This document shows, in pieces, positions 1-10,276 of a stretch of DNA of 64,000 bases. Position numbers and translations under genes: made by a program. This stretch comes from Candidatus Aenigmatarchaeota archaeon (GTDB lineage: Archaea > Aenigmatarchaeota > Aenigmatarchaeia > QMZP01 > QMZT01), in assembly GCA_026397315.1 (NCBI GenBank), contig JAPLVC010000002.1, positions 1 through 64,000 of the forward strand, in the 5' to 3' direction. Each line of letters opens with the position of its first letter. The first letter of the stretch is position 1. The notes beneath the pieces are model-generated. The model had not been told where the DNA came from and searched no databases. It was given only the letters and a program-made list of their open reading frames with translations.

Positions 1-137
1 GGATGTTCGGCGACACGGTCTATTCGAGGTCAACAATGCAGCAGAAAAAAGAACTGAAAGTCGTGTGCATAACATACAACCTGTACAGATATGCGATGAC
101 CCTTTTTATGTTGGAGGTTTTCTACAGCCGTGTTTAA
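1..137 (+). mobile_element. 3' end of IS5-like DDE transposase and right end of the IS (truncated by window edge)
   Basis: Frame from nt 3 reads MFGDTVYSRSTMQQKKELKVVCITYNLYR...LEVFYSRV*, resembling the C-terminal KRxFG...QxKE...YNL segment of archaeal IS5-type transposases; GAGGTTTTCTACAG near nt 114-127 resembles their terminal repeat. Confidence 0.65.
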
Positions 138-196
138 ACATTTTTTCATAAGCGCCTATACATACCGGTTCACATTTCTTAACGGTATGCGTCGCC

Positions 197-2314
197 TCAT
201 GCGGATACGGGCGTTTTACTGCCAAAAAACCGCCTAAAGCCGATGAAAACTCCGGCACCAACAACAATCACGCCAGCGAAAACAAGCAGCAAATATTGCA
301 AATTGCCGTAAAAATCATTCCCTTTTTTGCATTCTCCGTCAGCGCACCCGAACTCACATATCTGCTTTACAGTCCATTCACCAGAAGAAACGCATTCCAT
401 CAAATTGCCTCCTTCGCATTTAACGTCAAAAGGCACGCATGTTTTCACGCTTTGCCCGCTGCCGTTAACGTCCAAGCCAGTATTGGCGCCTGAGCTTTCA
501 TTCCCCGATGTGTTCGCGGTGTTCGTGCCGGACGAACCCGTGTTGTTCGTCGTATTAGTCGCGTTCTTAGGCGTGGCAGGAGGAACATACGTCCCGCCTC
601 CAGACGGCGGCGTGTAAGACGTGCAGCTCTGTGTCGTTGCGCTTTTATTCACAGTCGTCCCGCAATCGTTCAAATCTGTGGCAGTCCTCGTTTGTTGGTT
701 ATTAACGCAAGATGACCACGTACCATAACTCCAATTCTCCGTACACGCTTGGGTTATTTCGAATACCTGTTCAGTCGACCATGCGGATTTCGCCAGACCA
801 GTGTCGATGGTCTGGACTGCCCAGTAAACCGTTTTGTTCTCTAGGTCGGGCCGATTGAGAGTAATCGATTTGCGCTGCATCATGTTGCCGAAGTAGCCGG
901 CAGTCGGATTGGACGAGCCGCCGTAAACACCTGAAACGACGTCGTGACAACCAGAACACGTTCCGACACGAAGGTTGTAATATAAACCCAGAGTTGGAGT
1001 TTCAGTATCCGAGCCGTTGTTCCATTCCAAAGACAATTTGCCAGTTGAAAAATTGAAGGTATGGTTGAAGTTCGATGATGGTGAAAATGGTAATGTGTTC
1101 GTAGATGTTATATTATTTATATAAACTCTTTTTTGATACCAATCTCCTGGATTACCCCAACCAGTTAAAATTAAATCTAAATCCATATCATTATCCACGT
1201 CTCCAAAAACAACAGAACTATACTCAAGAGGCGATAATTGCTGTTCCGGTCTATTCCAATAATTCGTGAAACTACCGTTCCCAAGGTTGGCGTAAAGTGC
1301 TGTGTACGATTCTCTACCTGTAGTTATAAGATCTAAATATCCATCGTTGTTATAATCACCAAATACTTGTGAACCTGAAAAAAGACCCACAAAATCTGTT
1401 ATGTCTTTTTGAATTTCTTGAAAAGTTGTTCCCGTGTTGTTATACGTTCTATGCAGGTCACAACAGCCTATGATAGATAGATCCAAATCACCGTCATTAT
1501 CTATATCTCCAGGTATAATTGAGCTATCATCAACATTTATCAAATTCTGTTCCCATGTTAAATTTTCTATGAAACTTGTCCCATTGTTGATATATGTTTT
1601 AGTTATTTTTTGAAAATCTGAATTTTCGCCAGTTAAAATTAAATCTAAATAATTATCATTGTTTATATCAATGATAGCAATTGAACCGCTATCAACATTT
1701 GTTAAATTATTTTGCCAATTCAAATTTTCTATAAAACTCGTTTTATTATTTAAATAAATTTTGCTAACTCTACCTGTGTTGGTTTGACCAGTTAATAACA
1801 AATCCAAATTACCATCATTGTTTATATCAGCAAAAGTTATGGAACTTCTCCATACTTTCTCCAAATTCTGTTCCCATGTTAAATTTTCTAAGAAAGTGAT
1901 TCCATTATTTATATAAATAAAAGTTTCTTGTTTGTTATCATCGCAAGGACTCACATAGCCACCACCAGAACTACAACCACTCAAAGCTAAATCCAAATCA
2001 CCGTCGTTATCTATGTCACCTAATGCTATGGAACCATAATGAACGTTTGTCAAATTAACTTTCCATGTATTGTTTTCTTGAAAATTTGTCCCATTGTTCG
2101 TGTATATTTGTGTCAATATACCATTCTCACTTTTACCTATTGTTAAAAGATCTAAGTAGCCGTTATTGTCTATATCACCCAAAGCCAAAGAACTGTAATA
2201 AATAGCTGTTAAATTACTCTCCCAACTAACATTTTCATTTAAGTATTGTGCACTGACTGTAGTTGATGTTAACAAGAAAATTGTAAGGAAAAATATTAAC
2301 GGCGTAAATTTCAT
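197..2314 (-). CDS. Secreted FG-GAP/VCBS-repeat beta-propeller surface protein with Cys-rich module, T/N-rich linker and C-terminal TM anchor
   Basis: Signal peptide; about 7 GDxDNDGxLDL repeats; CTENWSYGTWSSC module; C-terminal hydrophobic helix plus basic tail. Confidence 0.85.
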   Translation of the reverse strand: MKFTPLIFFLTIFLLTSTTVSAQYLNENVSWESNLTAIYYSSLALGDIDNNGYLDLLTIGKSENGILTQIYTNNGTNFQENNTWKVNLTNVHYGSIALGDIDNDGDLDLALSGCSSGGGYVSPCDDNKQETFIYINNGITFLENLTWEQNLEKVWRSSITFADINNDGNLDLLLTGQTNTGRVSKIYLNNKTSFIENLNWQNNLTNVDSGSIAIIDINNDNYLDLILTGENSDFQKITKTYINNGTSFIENLTWEQNLINVDDSSIIPGDIDNDGDLDLSIIGCCDLHRTYNNTGTTFQEIQKDITDFVGLFSGSQVFGDYNNDGYLDLITTGRESYTALYANLGNGSFTNYWNRPEQQLSPLEYSSVVFGDVDNDMDLDLILTGWGNPGDWYQKRVYINNITSTNTLPFSPSSNFNHTFNFSTGKLSLEWNNGSDTETPTLGLYYNLRVGTCSGCHDVVSGVYGGSSNPTAGYFGNMMQRKSITLNRPDLENKTVYWAVQTIDTGLAKSAWSTEQVFEITQACTENWSYGTWSSCVNNQQTRTATDLNDCGTTVNKSATTQSCTSYTPPSGGGTYVPPATPKNATNTTNNTGSSGTNTANTSGNESSGANTGLDVNGSGQSVKTCVPFDVKCEGGNLMECVSSGEWTVKQICEFGCADGECKKGNDFYGNLQYLLLVFAGVIVVGAGVFIGFRRFFGSKTPVSA

Positions 2315-2368
2315 ATTAATTATTTATTTAGCTTAAACAAAAACCTATGTTTATACATTTTAGTTTTA

Positions 2369-5300
2369 TCATGGAGTTCGTTTTCTCATGTTTTTGTACA
2401 TCAATCCAACCAATACCAATGTTATGACGGAAACGATAACTGCCACGTAAGAGACGCTGTCAATCTGTTGTACGGTTATCATGCCGGTTGTTTTATCACC
2501 CGTGAATTGTTCAGTTTCCGTAGCTGATTGTGTGGCTGTCGTCTGCGTTTCATGTTTTATTGGGTTGCCGTTCATGGCCAACTGTATATCTGATGCATCA
2601 CTGTCTCCGGTCACTTCAAGTCTTCCTATGGTCTCGTGTCCATAGTTTATCCACACGTTCTCCGGGTCTATGTCTATCCTGCGCACGATTGTATAATTGC
2701 CTTCCGGCAGGTTTGGTCGCAGGTCGACGGTGAAGCTTATCTGTGTATCGACTTCGCCTATCGTCTGGGCAACCAAAGGGTTGCAGAACGGCGCTTCTGC
2801 GCTGTTCGTCTCTTTCGCCTGGTTGTAGCATGTCTCGTTGTTCTCGTCCATGAACCAGTAAAATATGCGTATCGGAAGGAACTGATAGTCTTCTTTCGTC
2901 GGCACGTCAATGACGTATTCTATCGTGAGATTAGATGTGTCATTGACCACGGAACTGGTCGTCTCTTCGGAAACGACGACCGATTCGTCGGTCTGTTTGA
3001 ACTGGTCCCAGATGTTGGAAGCGTACTCATAGGTCTGATTCCACAAGTCGTAGACATCGCAGTCTTTGTTTATGAGACAGTTGTAGATATCTTCTAGCCA
3101 GTTATGTTCTTCTATCGTTAGTGATTTTTCCACAGATAATGTTACGTTAACGGTTTTATCATTATCAGCAGTGAATATTACAGTTTTGTTGTAATAACTT
3201 TCCCTACTAAAAGTGCAACTCCACCATCCCGACGGGAACTCATACGGGCCGTAGGGGTTTGTCGTGTCACCGTCCTGGCCGAAACCGGTGTAGTTGCAGA
3301 CGATATTGACGTTGTCTAATGAGCTACCATCCTCGCCGCTCGTCACGTTGAACGTGATTTCATACGCATCAACTGTAAAATCTACACTCGTTGAATTTGA
3401 ATTGCCAACAGTGTCATTGCAGTAGAATATCGCCTCATAAACCCCATTGATCATAGAGGCATTATTGTAATTCCAATTACCAGATGAATTAGTGAGTGAG
3501 ATATTCCCGTAACCATAATCTAATAAACAACTATCAATATCTTCATTCGAGGTTAAATTGAACCAAATTGATAAATTATTGTAAGTGATATTCTGCGGTG
3601 AATCTATGATAACTAAAGGTGGCGTTGTATCAACAGTGAAATAAACTGTTGTGTAATTCATACCTGCAGTATTGTTAGCCCAAACAATTAAATTATTCTG
3701 ACCTTCTAAAGAAGTTATAGTTAAATTAGAAGTGTGGTCGATTGTTATGTTATCAATTTCAAGGATTCCACCTGTGTCTGAAGATATGTTGAAAGGAACA
3801 TTGCAATAGCCATTAAGATCTGGCGAGCATGTTGCAAGGTAATTGATAATTGCTGTGACATTCAAATCTATGGTCTCCGTTGAGTTGAATGAGGTTGTGT
3901 TAATATAATCTTTAATGTCGTCATTACCGGTATCTATAGTAATATTCTTAGGCCATAGCCATGTTAATTTTTCCTCGGCAAAACACCAAAAATCATCTGA
4001 ACTCAAAATGTATTTCATCTGAACCTTGTTGTCAGATAAGCATGAAAGTGGAATGTTTTCTTTTTCTGTATAATCATTTTCAGAGCTACAACCTTGACTT
4101 ACGCGATAAATATTGGATATTTGTTCCCAATTGTTTGTTGAATTCATGCAATATACAGAGATATTTCCGGAACTACTGCAACCTCCATATGTGCTACAAT
4201 CAGGATTCCATCTGAACGTTACATTAACTGCCGATACATTAGAGCCTTGGTTTGTGTAATTTACGTATAATGCCTTATTCGAAAGAGCCATTGAATGCGA
4301 AGTCCAAATCTCATCATATGCATATTCAGCTGCAACGGGGTCAGATATTCCGTCTGTGTAATTCCACGCTGCTTCAAGTTCTTCATCCATGTCATAGCCT
4401 CCAAAGCCTGTCATATTCCATTTAGCCTGGGAAATTTCTGACATTTTTGGAATTGAAATATAGACCAGCATTGAGCCACCAGAAAAATTACTATAAGTAA
4501 TATTTTCTGTTTTAGAAGAATCGTTAAGTTCATCTATTATCCCATCCAAGGTTACATTTGATTCATCGTTTAAGGAATATCCTGCCCAATCCAGCATTTC
4601 ACCCGCTGACCAATTTAAGTCAATATAAGAAATGTTGTAAGTTATGTTTTGTGGTGATACTACTGTTATTGAGGGAGGCATATTCCTTTTCTCATTTCCT
4701 ATCGACCATGACGGCGGGCTTGCGACGTAAATGCCGAGCATTATATCATCCCAAGCCATTTTAGTCCCGAACCATCCGGTTTCGAGCCTTACCCGCCCTA
4801 CCTGATTGCTCGCTTGCGAATTGACGAAGGAGAGCATTAACACGTCATCTTTATAAGAATATTCAGTAGTTCCCGTGAAGATGAGTTTATAGTTGTGCCA
4901 TGCATTATCAACTGTGCAACATGTAAAGCTTTCATTCTGGTTTGCGTTACCTCCGACTATCCTTCTGAATATATCCGTAGCGTCCGGAGTCCAGTCGGAG
5001 CCATCGTTATCGCTGAAGTCGTCAAAGAAGTGCCATGTGGTCAAGCCGTTCGATGCCGTTGAAACTCCTGAAGCGTTATAATAGACGAGGAAACTGGTCT
5101 GGTTCTCGGACGCGTTAATCCACACCTCGCACATGCTGGACGCGGCGGATGTATTGCACGTGCCTATGTAAAAATTCATCGGGCTTCCGGGGTCTGCGTT
5201 GCAGTCCGTTCCGTTGGTGTATCTCAAGTCAGCGCCGTTTGCCATTAAATCGGCGAACGGTATTGATGTGTTGTAAAACGACATATTGATTTCGGCGTGT

Positions 5301-6019
5301 ATAGGGAAATTGGCTGCTGTTATGTTCGTTATCTTTCTGCACTTTTTGAACGTGGTGTTCCACCACAGCCATTCGTTCAGCTCCAGGCCCTTTATCTTTG
5401 GAACCCAGTCTACGTTGTTTGTTCCGACCTTCGCGGACTTCTTTCCCACGAGCTTTATGGTATAGTCCTCCTCGGCTTCCAGCGTCTCGCCCCAGAAGGC
5501 GAACGGCTTGTAGTCTTCGCTGTATTTCGTTTCCTGATGCGAGCCTGTCTGGACGGTCTGCTCGACTTCGCATTCGTAGCTCGTGTTGGTTTTGGTTTCG
5601 TTGTCGAAATTATAGCAGGTCGTCTTGACATTGCTTGTTTCGTAATCAGGGACTTCTACTTGATATTCGGTCGTTTCGAGTATCTCGAAATGATACGAGA
5701 TGAGGCCGTCCATCCACGGCTTCTCCTTGACGAAGTTCCATGCGTATTCTGAGTCTGATTGTGCGGGAAGAACGATGTTTTGATAGGGATGAATTTTGAG
5801 GATTGCGTAGCATTCGGTGAAGCAGTGATCAGTATTCTCGATTAGCTGGACGTCTATCACGGGATTGCCGATATTTGTCTGGATTCTTATGGTGTCGCTA
5901 TCAAGGCTGATCTTTTCCAGCGACGCTTCCGCGCTTGTGCCCATGAAAAAGAGCGAGCACGACAAGAACAAAGAAACGAACACGACTAAAACTATCGAAT
6001 ACTTGGCTGAACTTTTCAT
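2369..6019 (-). CDS. Large membrane-anchored surface (glyco)protein with DUF2341-like and Ig-like modules
   Basis: Probable start MKSSAKY at 6019 followed by signal peptide; WWNTTFKKCRKI...GADLRYT...VYYNA (DUF2341-like); PPSITVVSPQNITY and VDTTPP Ig-like repeats; many NxS/T sites; C-terminal TM helix. Confidence 0.75.
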   Translation of the reverse strand: MKSSAKYSIVLVVFVSLFLSCSLFFMGTSAEASLEKISLDSDTIRIQTNIGNPVIDVQLIENTDHCFTECYAILKIHPYQNIVLPAQSDSEYAWNFVKEKPWMDGLISYHFEILETTEYQVEVPDYETSNVKTTCYNFDNETKTNTSYECEVEQTVQTGSHQETKYSEDYKPFAFWGETLEAEEDYTIKLVGKKSAKVGTNNVDWVPKIKGLELNEWLWWNTTFKKCRKITNITAANFPIHAEINMSFYNTSIPFADLMANGADLRYTNGTDCNADPGSPMNFYIGTCNTSAASSMCEVWINASENQTSFLVYYNASGVSTASNGLTTWHFFDDFSDNDGSDWTPDATDIFRRIVGGNANQNESFTCCTVDNAWHNYKLIFTGTTEYSYKDDVLMLSFVNSQASNQVGRVRLETGWFGTKMAWDDIMLGIYVASPPSWSIGNEKRNMPPSITVVSPQNITYNISYIDLNWSAGEMLDWAGYSLNDESNVTLDGIIDELNDSSKTENITYSNFSGGSMLVYISIPKMSEISQAKWNMTGFGGYDMDEELEAAWNYTDGISDPVAAEYAYDEIWTSHSMALSNKALYVNYTNQGSNVSAVNVTFRWNPDCSTYGGCSSSGNISVYCMNSTNNWEQISNIYRVSQGCSSENDYTEKENIPLSCLSDNKVQMKYILSSDDFWCFAEEKLTWLWPKNITIDTGNDDIKDYINTTSFNSTETIDLNVTAIINYLATCSPDLNGYCNVPFNISSDTGGILEIDNITIDHTSNLTITSLEGQNNLIVWANNTAGMNYTTVYFTVDTTPPLVIIDSPQNITYNNLSIWFNLTSNEDIDSCLLDYGYGNISLTNSSGNWNYNNASMINGVYEAIFYCNDTVGNSNSTSVDFTVDAYEITFNVTSGEDGSSLDNVNIVCNYTGFGQDGDTTNPYGPYEFPSGWWSCTFSRESYYNKTVIFTADNDKTVNVTLSVEKSLTIEEHNWLEDIYNCLINKDCDVYDLWNQTYEYASNIWDQFKQTDESVVVSEETTSSVVNDTSNLTIEYVIDVPTKEDYQFLPIRIFYWFMDENNETCYNQAKETNSAEAPFCNPLVAQTIGEVDTQISFTVDLRPNLPEGNYTIVRRIDIDPENVWINYGHETIGRLEVTGDSDASDIQLAMNGNPIKHETQTTATQSATETEQFTGDKTTGMITVQQIDSVSYVAVIVSVITLVLVGLMYKNMRKRTP

Positions 6020-6116
6020 GACTAGAGATTGGGAAAACGTTTTATCCCGCTTTGTTTTTAGGCACGCGAATTTGATACCAAAATGAATGTGTGGCCAAAA
6101 TATATTTTGCAGAATC

Positions 6117-6132
6117 GAAAAATATATAAATA
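6117..6132 (+). promoter_or_regulatory. Archaeal BRE-TATA promoter of the nrdR-nrdJ operon
   Basis: GAAAAA followed by TATATAAATA upstream of nrdR. Confidence 0.6.
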
Positions 6133-6140
6133 CCTCCCGA

Positions 6141-6187
6141 CCACAATATATTGGCGTTTTGGAAAAGCCGGGCACAATATGTTGTGT
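6141..6187 (+). promoter_or_regulatory. Tandem NrdR boxes (6141-6156 and 6172-6187)
   Basis: CCACAATATATTGGCG and GCACAATATGTTGTGT match the acaCwAtATaTwGtgt consensus; starts are 31 bp apart; directly upstream of nrdR-nrdJ. Confidence 0.85.
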
Positions 6188-6292
6188 TTTGCAAAGGTAG
6201 TGAAAACCGGCGAAAAAACGCAAATTTCGCTTAAAATTCGTCGAGACCCGGTGGTAAAAACCGGGCGAAAATGAGTCAGAAGAAGTGAAAAT

Positions 6293-6745
6293 ATGAAATG
6301 CCCATATTGCGCGAGCGAGGAAATGAAGGTCGTCGATAAAAGGGCGTCGGATGAAAAAGCGATCCGCAGGCGAAGGGAATGCCTGAAGTGTGCGAAGCGC
6401 TTCACCACTTACGAGCGCATCGAATCCGCGGACCTTATTGTCATGAAAAAAGACGGGCGAAGAGAGCGATTTGACAGGGACAAGGTGAGGAAGGGCATCG
6501 TCCGCTCTTTCGAGAAGCGGCCGATAACGAATGAGCAGATAGACAAGATGGTCGAGGAAATCGAGACGGAGCTGCGCGCGGGCGAGGAGATAGAGATACC
6601 GAGCAAGAAGATAGGCGAACTGGTCATGCGAAAGCTGAAGAAGGTCGACAAGGTCGCCTACATCCGCTTCGCATCGGTATACAGGGAGTTCGAGGACATC
6701 GAGAGCTTCCAGGAAGAGCTCAAGAAGCTCAGCGGCAAGAAGTGA
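6293..6745 (+). CDS. nrdR: Transcriptional repressor NrdR
   Basis: MKCPYC...IRRRRECLKCAKRFTTYE Zn ribbon, ATP cone, VAYIRFASVYREF. Confidence 0.97.
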   Translation: MKCPYCASEEMKVVDKRASDEKAIRRRRECLKCAKRFTTYERIESADLIVMKKDGRRERFDRDKVRKGIVRSFEKRPITNEQIDKMVEEIETELRAGEEIEIPSKKIGELVMRKLKKVDKVAYIRFASVYREFEDIESFQEELKKLSGKK

Positions 6746-6777
6746 CAGTTTCAGTCACGCATCTGAGGGGGGAAATC

Positions 6778-9159
6778 ATGGCGGTTACCAAGGTAAAGAA
6801 AAGGGACGCAAGGCTTGCGGATTTCGAGAAAGGCAAAATCGTGAATGCCATATTCAAGGCTGCCAAATCCGTCGGCGGCGAGAACATGGAGCTGGCGAAC
6901 AGCCTGGCCGACAAGGTCATCCAGCTGGTCGAGGAGAAATTCGCCAAAGAGGTTCCTACGGTCGAGCAGATACAGGACATCGTTGAGAAGGTGCTCATAG
7001 AGAACGGGCACGCTGCGACCGCGAAGGCTTATATTATCTACAGGAAGGAGCGCGAGGAGTCAAGGAAAGCGAAGGAGATGCTAGGCGTACGAGACGAGCT
7101 GAAGCTCACGCTAAACACGATAAAAGTCCTTAAAGCGCGCTACCTGCTGAAGGACGAGAACGGCAACGTCATCGAGTCGACCGGTGAAATGTTCAGGCGC
7201 GTCGCCAAACATCTCGCGCTGGTTGACATATTGTATCACGATCATGTTTTCGACAAGAACAAGGAGCAGACGGTCAAAGAGCTGGCGGAGCTGGACGGCT
7301 TGCCCAAAAAAGCGGCTGAACTGGGGCTGAACATAAACAACGTCAAGATGCTTCACAGGGCGTACCAGCGCCTGAACGTCAGGAAGCAGATGAAAGTCAG
7401 CTTTTCCGAGCTGGTCGAGATACTGAAGAACAAGCAGAACGAGATAATGGCGAAGGAGAACGAGTTCTACTCGCTTTTCACGGCATTCGAGTTCATGCCC
7501 AACTCGCCGACGCTCATGAATTCGGGCGCGCCCCTAGGCCAGCTGTCCGCATGCTTCGTCCTGCCCGTAGGCGACTCGCTGGACACGATATTCGACGCGC
7601 TCAAGTACACTGCAGTGATTCATCAAAGTGGCGGAGGGACTGGATTCTCGTTCTCGAAGCTCAGGCCCAACGGCGATGTAGTCAAGTCGACGAAAGGCAT
7701 CGCGTCCGGACCATTGTCGTTCATGCGCGTATTCGACGTCGCTACCGACGTCATCAAGCAGGGCGGCAAGCGCCGCGGGGCTAACATGGGCATAATGAGG
7801 ATCGACCATCCCGACATTCTCGACTTCATCACGTCTAAGGATAGCGAGAACCGCATCCTCACGAACTTCAACATCTCGGTCGGCGTGACGGACAAGTTCA
7901 TGAAGGCGCTCGAGAACGACGCGGAATACGACCTCTGCAACCCGAGGACAGGTGTCCCCTTCAAGCGCCTGTTCGCGCGCCAGGTCTGGGAGATGATAAC
8001 GTACCAGGCATGGAAGACCGGAGACCCGGGCGTGATATTCATAGACGAGGTAAACAAGTACAACCAAACGCCTCAGATAGGCACCATAGAGGCGACTAAT
8101 CCTTGTGGTGAACAACCATTGTTGCCATACGAGAGCTGCAACCTCGGCTCCATAAACCTTTCCAAGATGTTGAAGGAGACCAAAGGCGCTAGCGACGTGG
8201 ATTGGGACAAGCTGGCGAAAACGACGAAAGCGTCCGTCCAGTTCTTGGACAACGTCATAGATGCGAATTCGTATCCGATAAAGCAGATAGAGTTCATGAC
8301 GCACGCGAACAGGAAAATCGGGCTGGGCGTCATGGGATTCGCGGACATGCTGATAAAGATGGGCATACGCTACGATTCCGAAGAAGCGCTGAAGCTTGGC
8401 GAGAAGATCATGAAATTCGTCACCGACGCCGGCCACGAGATGTCAGTCGAGCTGGCTAGAAAGAGGGGCAACTTCCCCAATTTCCCCGGCAGCGTGTGGG
8501 ACAAGAAAGACAGCAAATACATGCGCAACGCGACTGTCACGACCATCGCGCCGACCGGAACGATAAGCATAATATCCGACTGCTCCAGCGGGATAGAGCC
8601 GTTATTCGCCGTTGCGTTCGTGAGGAAGAACGTCCTCAGCGGCGACGAGCTGGTCGACGTGAACAAGCTGTTCGAGAAATACGCGCGCGAAAAAGGCTTT
8701 TATTCGGACGACATCATGCGCGAGATTTCCATGTCCGGCTCAGTCGAACATATAGACGCAGTCCCCAAGGCGGCGAAAGAGCTTTTCAAGACGGCGCATG
8801 ACATCGAATACGAATGGCACATTCGCATGCAAGCGGCGTTCCAGAAATACACGGACAACGCGGTGAGCAAGACCATAAACATGCGCAACGACGCGGGCAT
8901 AAAGGACGTAGAGAATGCGTATAATCTGGCCTACAAACTGAAGTGCAAAGGCGTGACCATATACCGCGATATGAGCAAGGCCGTGCAGGTCATACACATC
9001 GGCGATGACAAGAGGAAGAAAGCGAAGCTGGTGAAGGGTGACGAAGAAAAGAAAGAGATGAACGAGTCGGAAGAGATGTGCCCCGTGTGCAAGTCGAAGC
9101 TCTTCTCAGCCGAGGGATGCTACACCTGCCTGAGCTGCGGCTATTCCAAGTGCGGCTAG
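6778..9159 (+). CDS. nrdJ: Adenosylcobalamin-dependent (class II) ribonucleotide reductase with N-terminal ATP cone and C-terminal Zn ribbon
   Basis: PNSPTLMN, LSACFV, GGGTG, RRGANM, TNPCGEQPL, ESCNLGS, TIAPTGT, C-terminal CPVC...CLSCGYSKC; GAGGGGG SD before ATG 6778. Confidence 0.95.
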   Translation: MAVTKVKKRDARLADFEKGKIVNAIFKAAKSVGGENMELANSLADKVIQLVEEKFAKEVPTVEQIQDIVEKVLIENGHAATAKAYIIYRKEREESRKAKEMLGVRDELKLTLNTIKVLKARYLLKDENGNVIESTGEMFRRVAKHLALVDILYHDHVFDKNKEQTVKELAELDGLPKKAAELGLNINNVKMLHRAYQRLNVRKQMKVSFSELVEILKNKQNEIMAKENEFYSLFTAFEFMPNSPTLMNSGAPLGQLSACFVLPVGDSLDTIFDALKYTAVIHQSGGGTGFSFSKLRPNGDVVKSTKGIASGPLSFMRVFDVATDVIKQGGKRRGANMGIMRIDHPDILDFITSKDSENRILTNFNISVGVTDKFMKALENDAEYDLCNPRTGVPFKRLFARQVWEMITYQAWKTGDPGVIFIDEVNKYNQTPQIGTIEATNPCGEQPLLPYESCNLGSINLSKMLKETKGASDVDWDKLAKTTKASVQFLDNVIDANSYPIKQIEFMTHANRKIGLGVMGFADMLIKMGIRYDSEEALKLGEKIMKFVTDAGHEMSVELARKRGNFPNFPGSVWDKKDSKYMRNATVTTIAPTGTISIISDCSSGIEPLFAVAFVRKNVLSGDELVDVNKLFEKYAREKGFYSDDIMREISMSGSVEHIDAVPKAAKELFKTAHDIEYEWHIRMQAAFQKYTDNAVSKTINMRNDAGIKDVENAYNLAYKLKCKGVTIYRDMSKAVQVIHIGDDKRKKAKLVKGDEEKKEMNESEEMCPVCKSKLFSAEGCYTCLSCGYSKCG

Positions 9160-9226
9160 AGCTAGCGATGCGCATATAATATCTGTATATATAATAGGCA
9201 CAGGAGTCGATGGTTGGGGTGATGGT

Positions 9227-9742
9227 ATGGGTGTCGTTTGCGTTTTCACGGGCAACGGGAAGGGAAAGACGTCCGCAGCGTTCGGCATGGCCATGCGCTT
9301 CCTGGGTCACAACAAGCGCGTCGTGGTCGTCCAGTTCCTCAAGGGCACAAAGACGGGCGAGCTGCTGCTGAAGAGGAACCTGCCCGGCCTGGACATCGTG
9401 CAGTTCGGCACCGAGTTCTTCGTCGACCTGAAAAACCCCTCCAGAGAGGACAAGCAACTGGCGATAGAGGCGATACTGTATGCAAAGAAGATAATGAAAG
9501 GCCCATACAGGCCCGACCTTATGATACTGGACGAAGCGAATGTGGCGGTCGCTTCGGGCTTGATAAACGAGGAAGACCTGATGGACCTGATAAGCGTGAT
9601 GCCGGAGGAGATGAACCTCGTCATAACCGGCCGCGAAGCCTCGCCTAAAGTCCTGGAGAGGGCGGACATGGTCACCGAGATGCGCGAAATAAAACACCCG
9701 TTCACGACGGGCAAGAAGGCGAAGGAAGGCATTGAATACTGA
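9227..9742 (+). CDS. cobA: Cob(I)alamin adenosyltransferase (CobA/BtuR/CobO)
   Basis: TGNGKGKTSAAFG, QFLKG, ILDE, ITGR, ADMVTEM...KHPF...GIEY. Confidence 0.93.
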   Translation: MGVVCVFTGNGKGKTSAAFGMAMRFLGHNKRVVVVQFLKGTKTGELLLKRNLPGLDIVQFGTEFFVDLKNPSREDKQLAIEAILYAKKIMKGPYRPDLMILDEANVAVASGLINEEDLMDLISVMPEEMNLVITGREASPKVLERADMVTEMREIKHPFTTGKKAKEGIEY

Positions 9743-9768
9743 CTTAATGGACTCTGGATTGTGATGTT

Positions 9769-10269
9769 ATGATTCTTTCTGACAAGGCCATAAAGGAGTT
9801 GCTGAATTCGAAGCGAATGATTATCGAGCCTATCGAAGAGAAGCAGATACAACCAGCGTCCGTAGATTTGAGAATATCCGGCGAGATGCTACGCATAAAG
9901 GGCAGGGAAATAGTCTTCGAGAAAGAGCAGGAATACGAGAGATGCGATGGTAACGAAGTGATCATTCCTCCCAGGACGCAGGTGCTCATCCGCTCGCTGG
10001 AATACATGGAGCTGCCTCACGACATAGCTGCGATGACGAAACTCCGCAGCTCGCTTTCGCGCGTAGGGCTCATGCTCAACAACGCCGGGTGGGTTGACCC
10101 GGGTTTCAAGGGAACGCTCACACTCAGCGTCTACAATGCGAACGACTGCGCGCTGAGGATAGCGAAGGGCACGAGATTCTGTCAGCTTATTTTCATGAGG
10201 CTCGACGGCGCTAGCGACGGATACGCAGGCAAATACTCCGGCCAGAAAGCCGTGACGGGCAAGCGCTAG
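9769..10269 (+). CDS. dcd: dCTP deaminase / dUTPase family protein
   Basis: MILSD, IQPASVDLR, RSSLSRVG, AGWVDPGFKG, QLIF, YAGKYSGQ. Confidence 0.88.
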   Translation: MILSDKAIKELLNSKRMIIEPIEEKQIQPASVDLRISGEMLRIKGREIVFEKEQEYERCDGNEVIIPPRTQVLIRSLEYMELPHDIAAMTKLRSSLSRVGLMLNNAGWVDPGFKGTLTLSVYNANDCALRIAKGTRFCQLIFMRLDGASDGYAGKYSGQKAVTGKR

Positions 10270-10276
10270 GTAGAAA

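Noticed and set aside
1541-1890. Exact 29-nt repeat (1541-1569 and 1862-1890) and other repeats in the FG-GAP gene, considered as CRISPR or DGR TR/VR
   Set aside because: These are in-frame coding repeats of propeller blades; there is no regular spacer pattern, no adenine-specific mismatch pattern, and no RT or cas gene in the window.
6095-6110. Palindrome CCAAAATATATTTTGC as a third NrdR box
   Set aside because: It lacks the conserved C4/G13 pair and lies 46 bp from box 1, out of helical phase.
6020-6223. N-terminal extension of the 1284 aa ORF
   Set aside because: It overlaps the nrdR promoter and operators; the signal peptide begins at ATG 6019.
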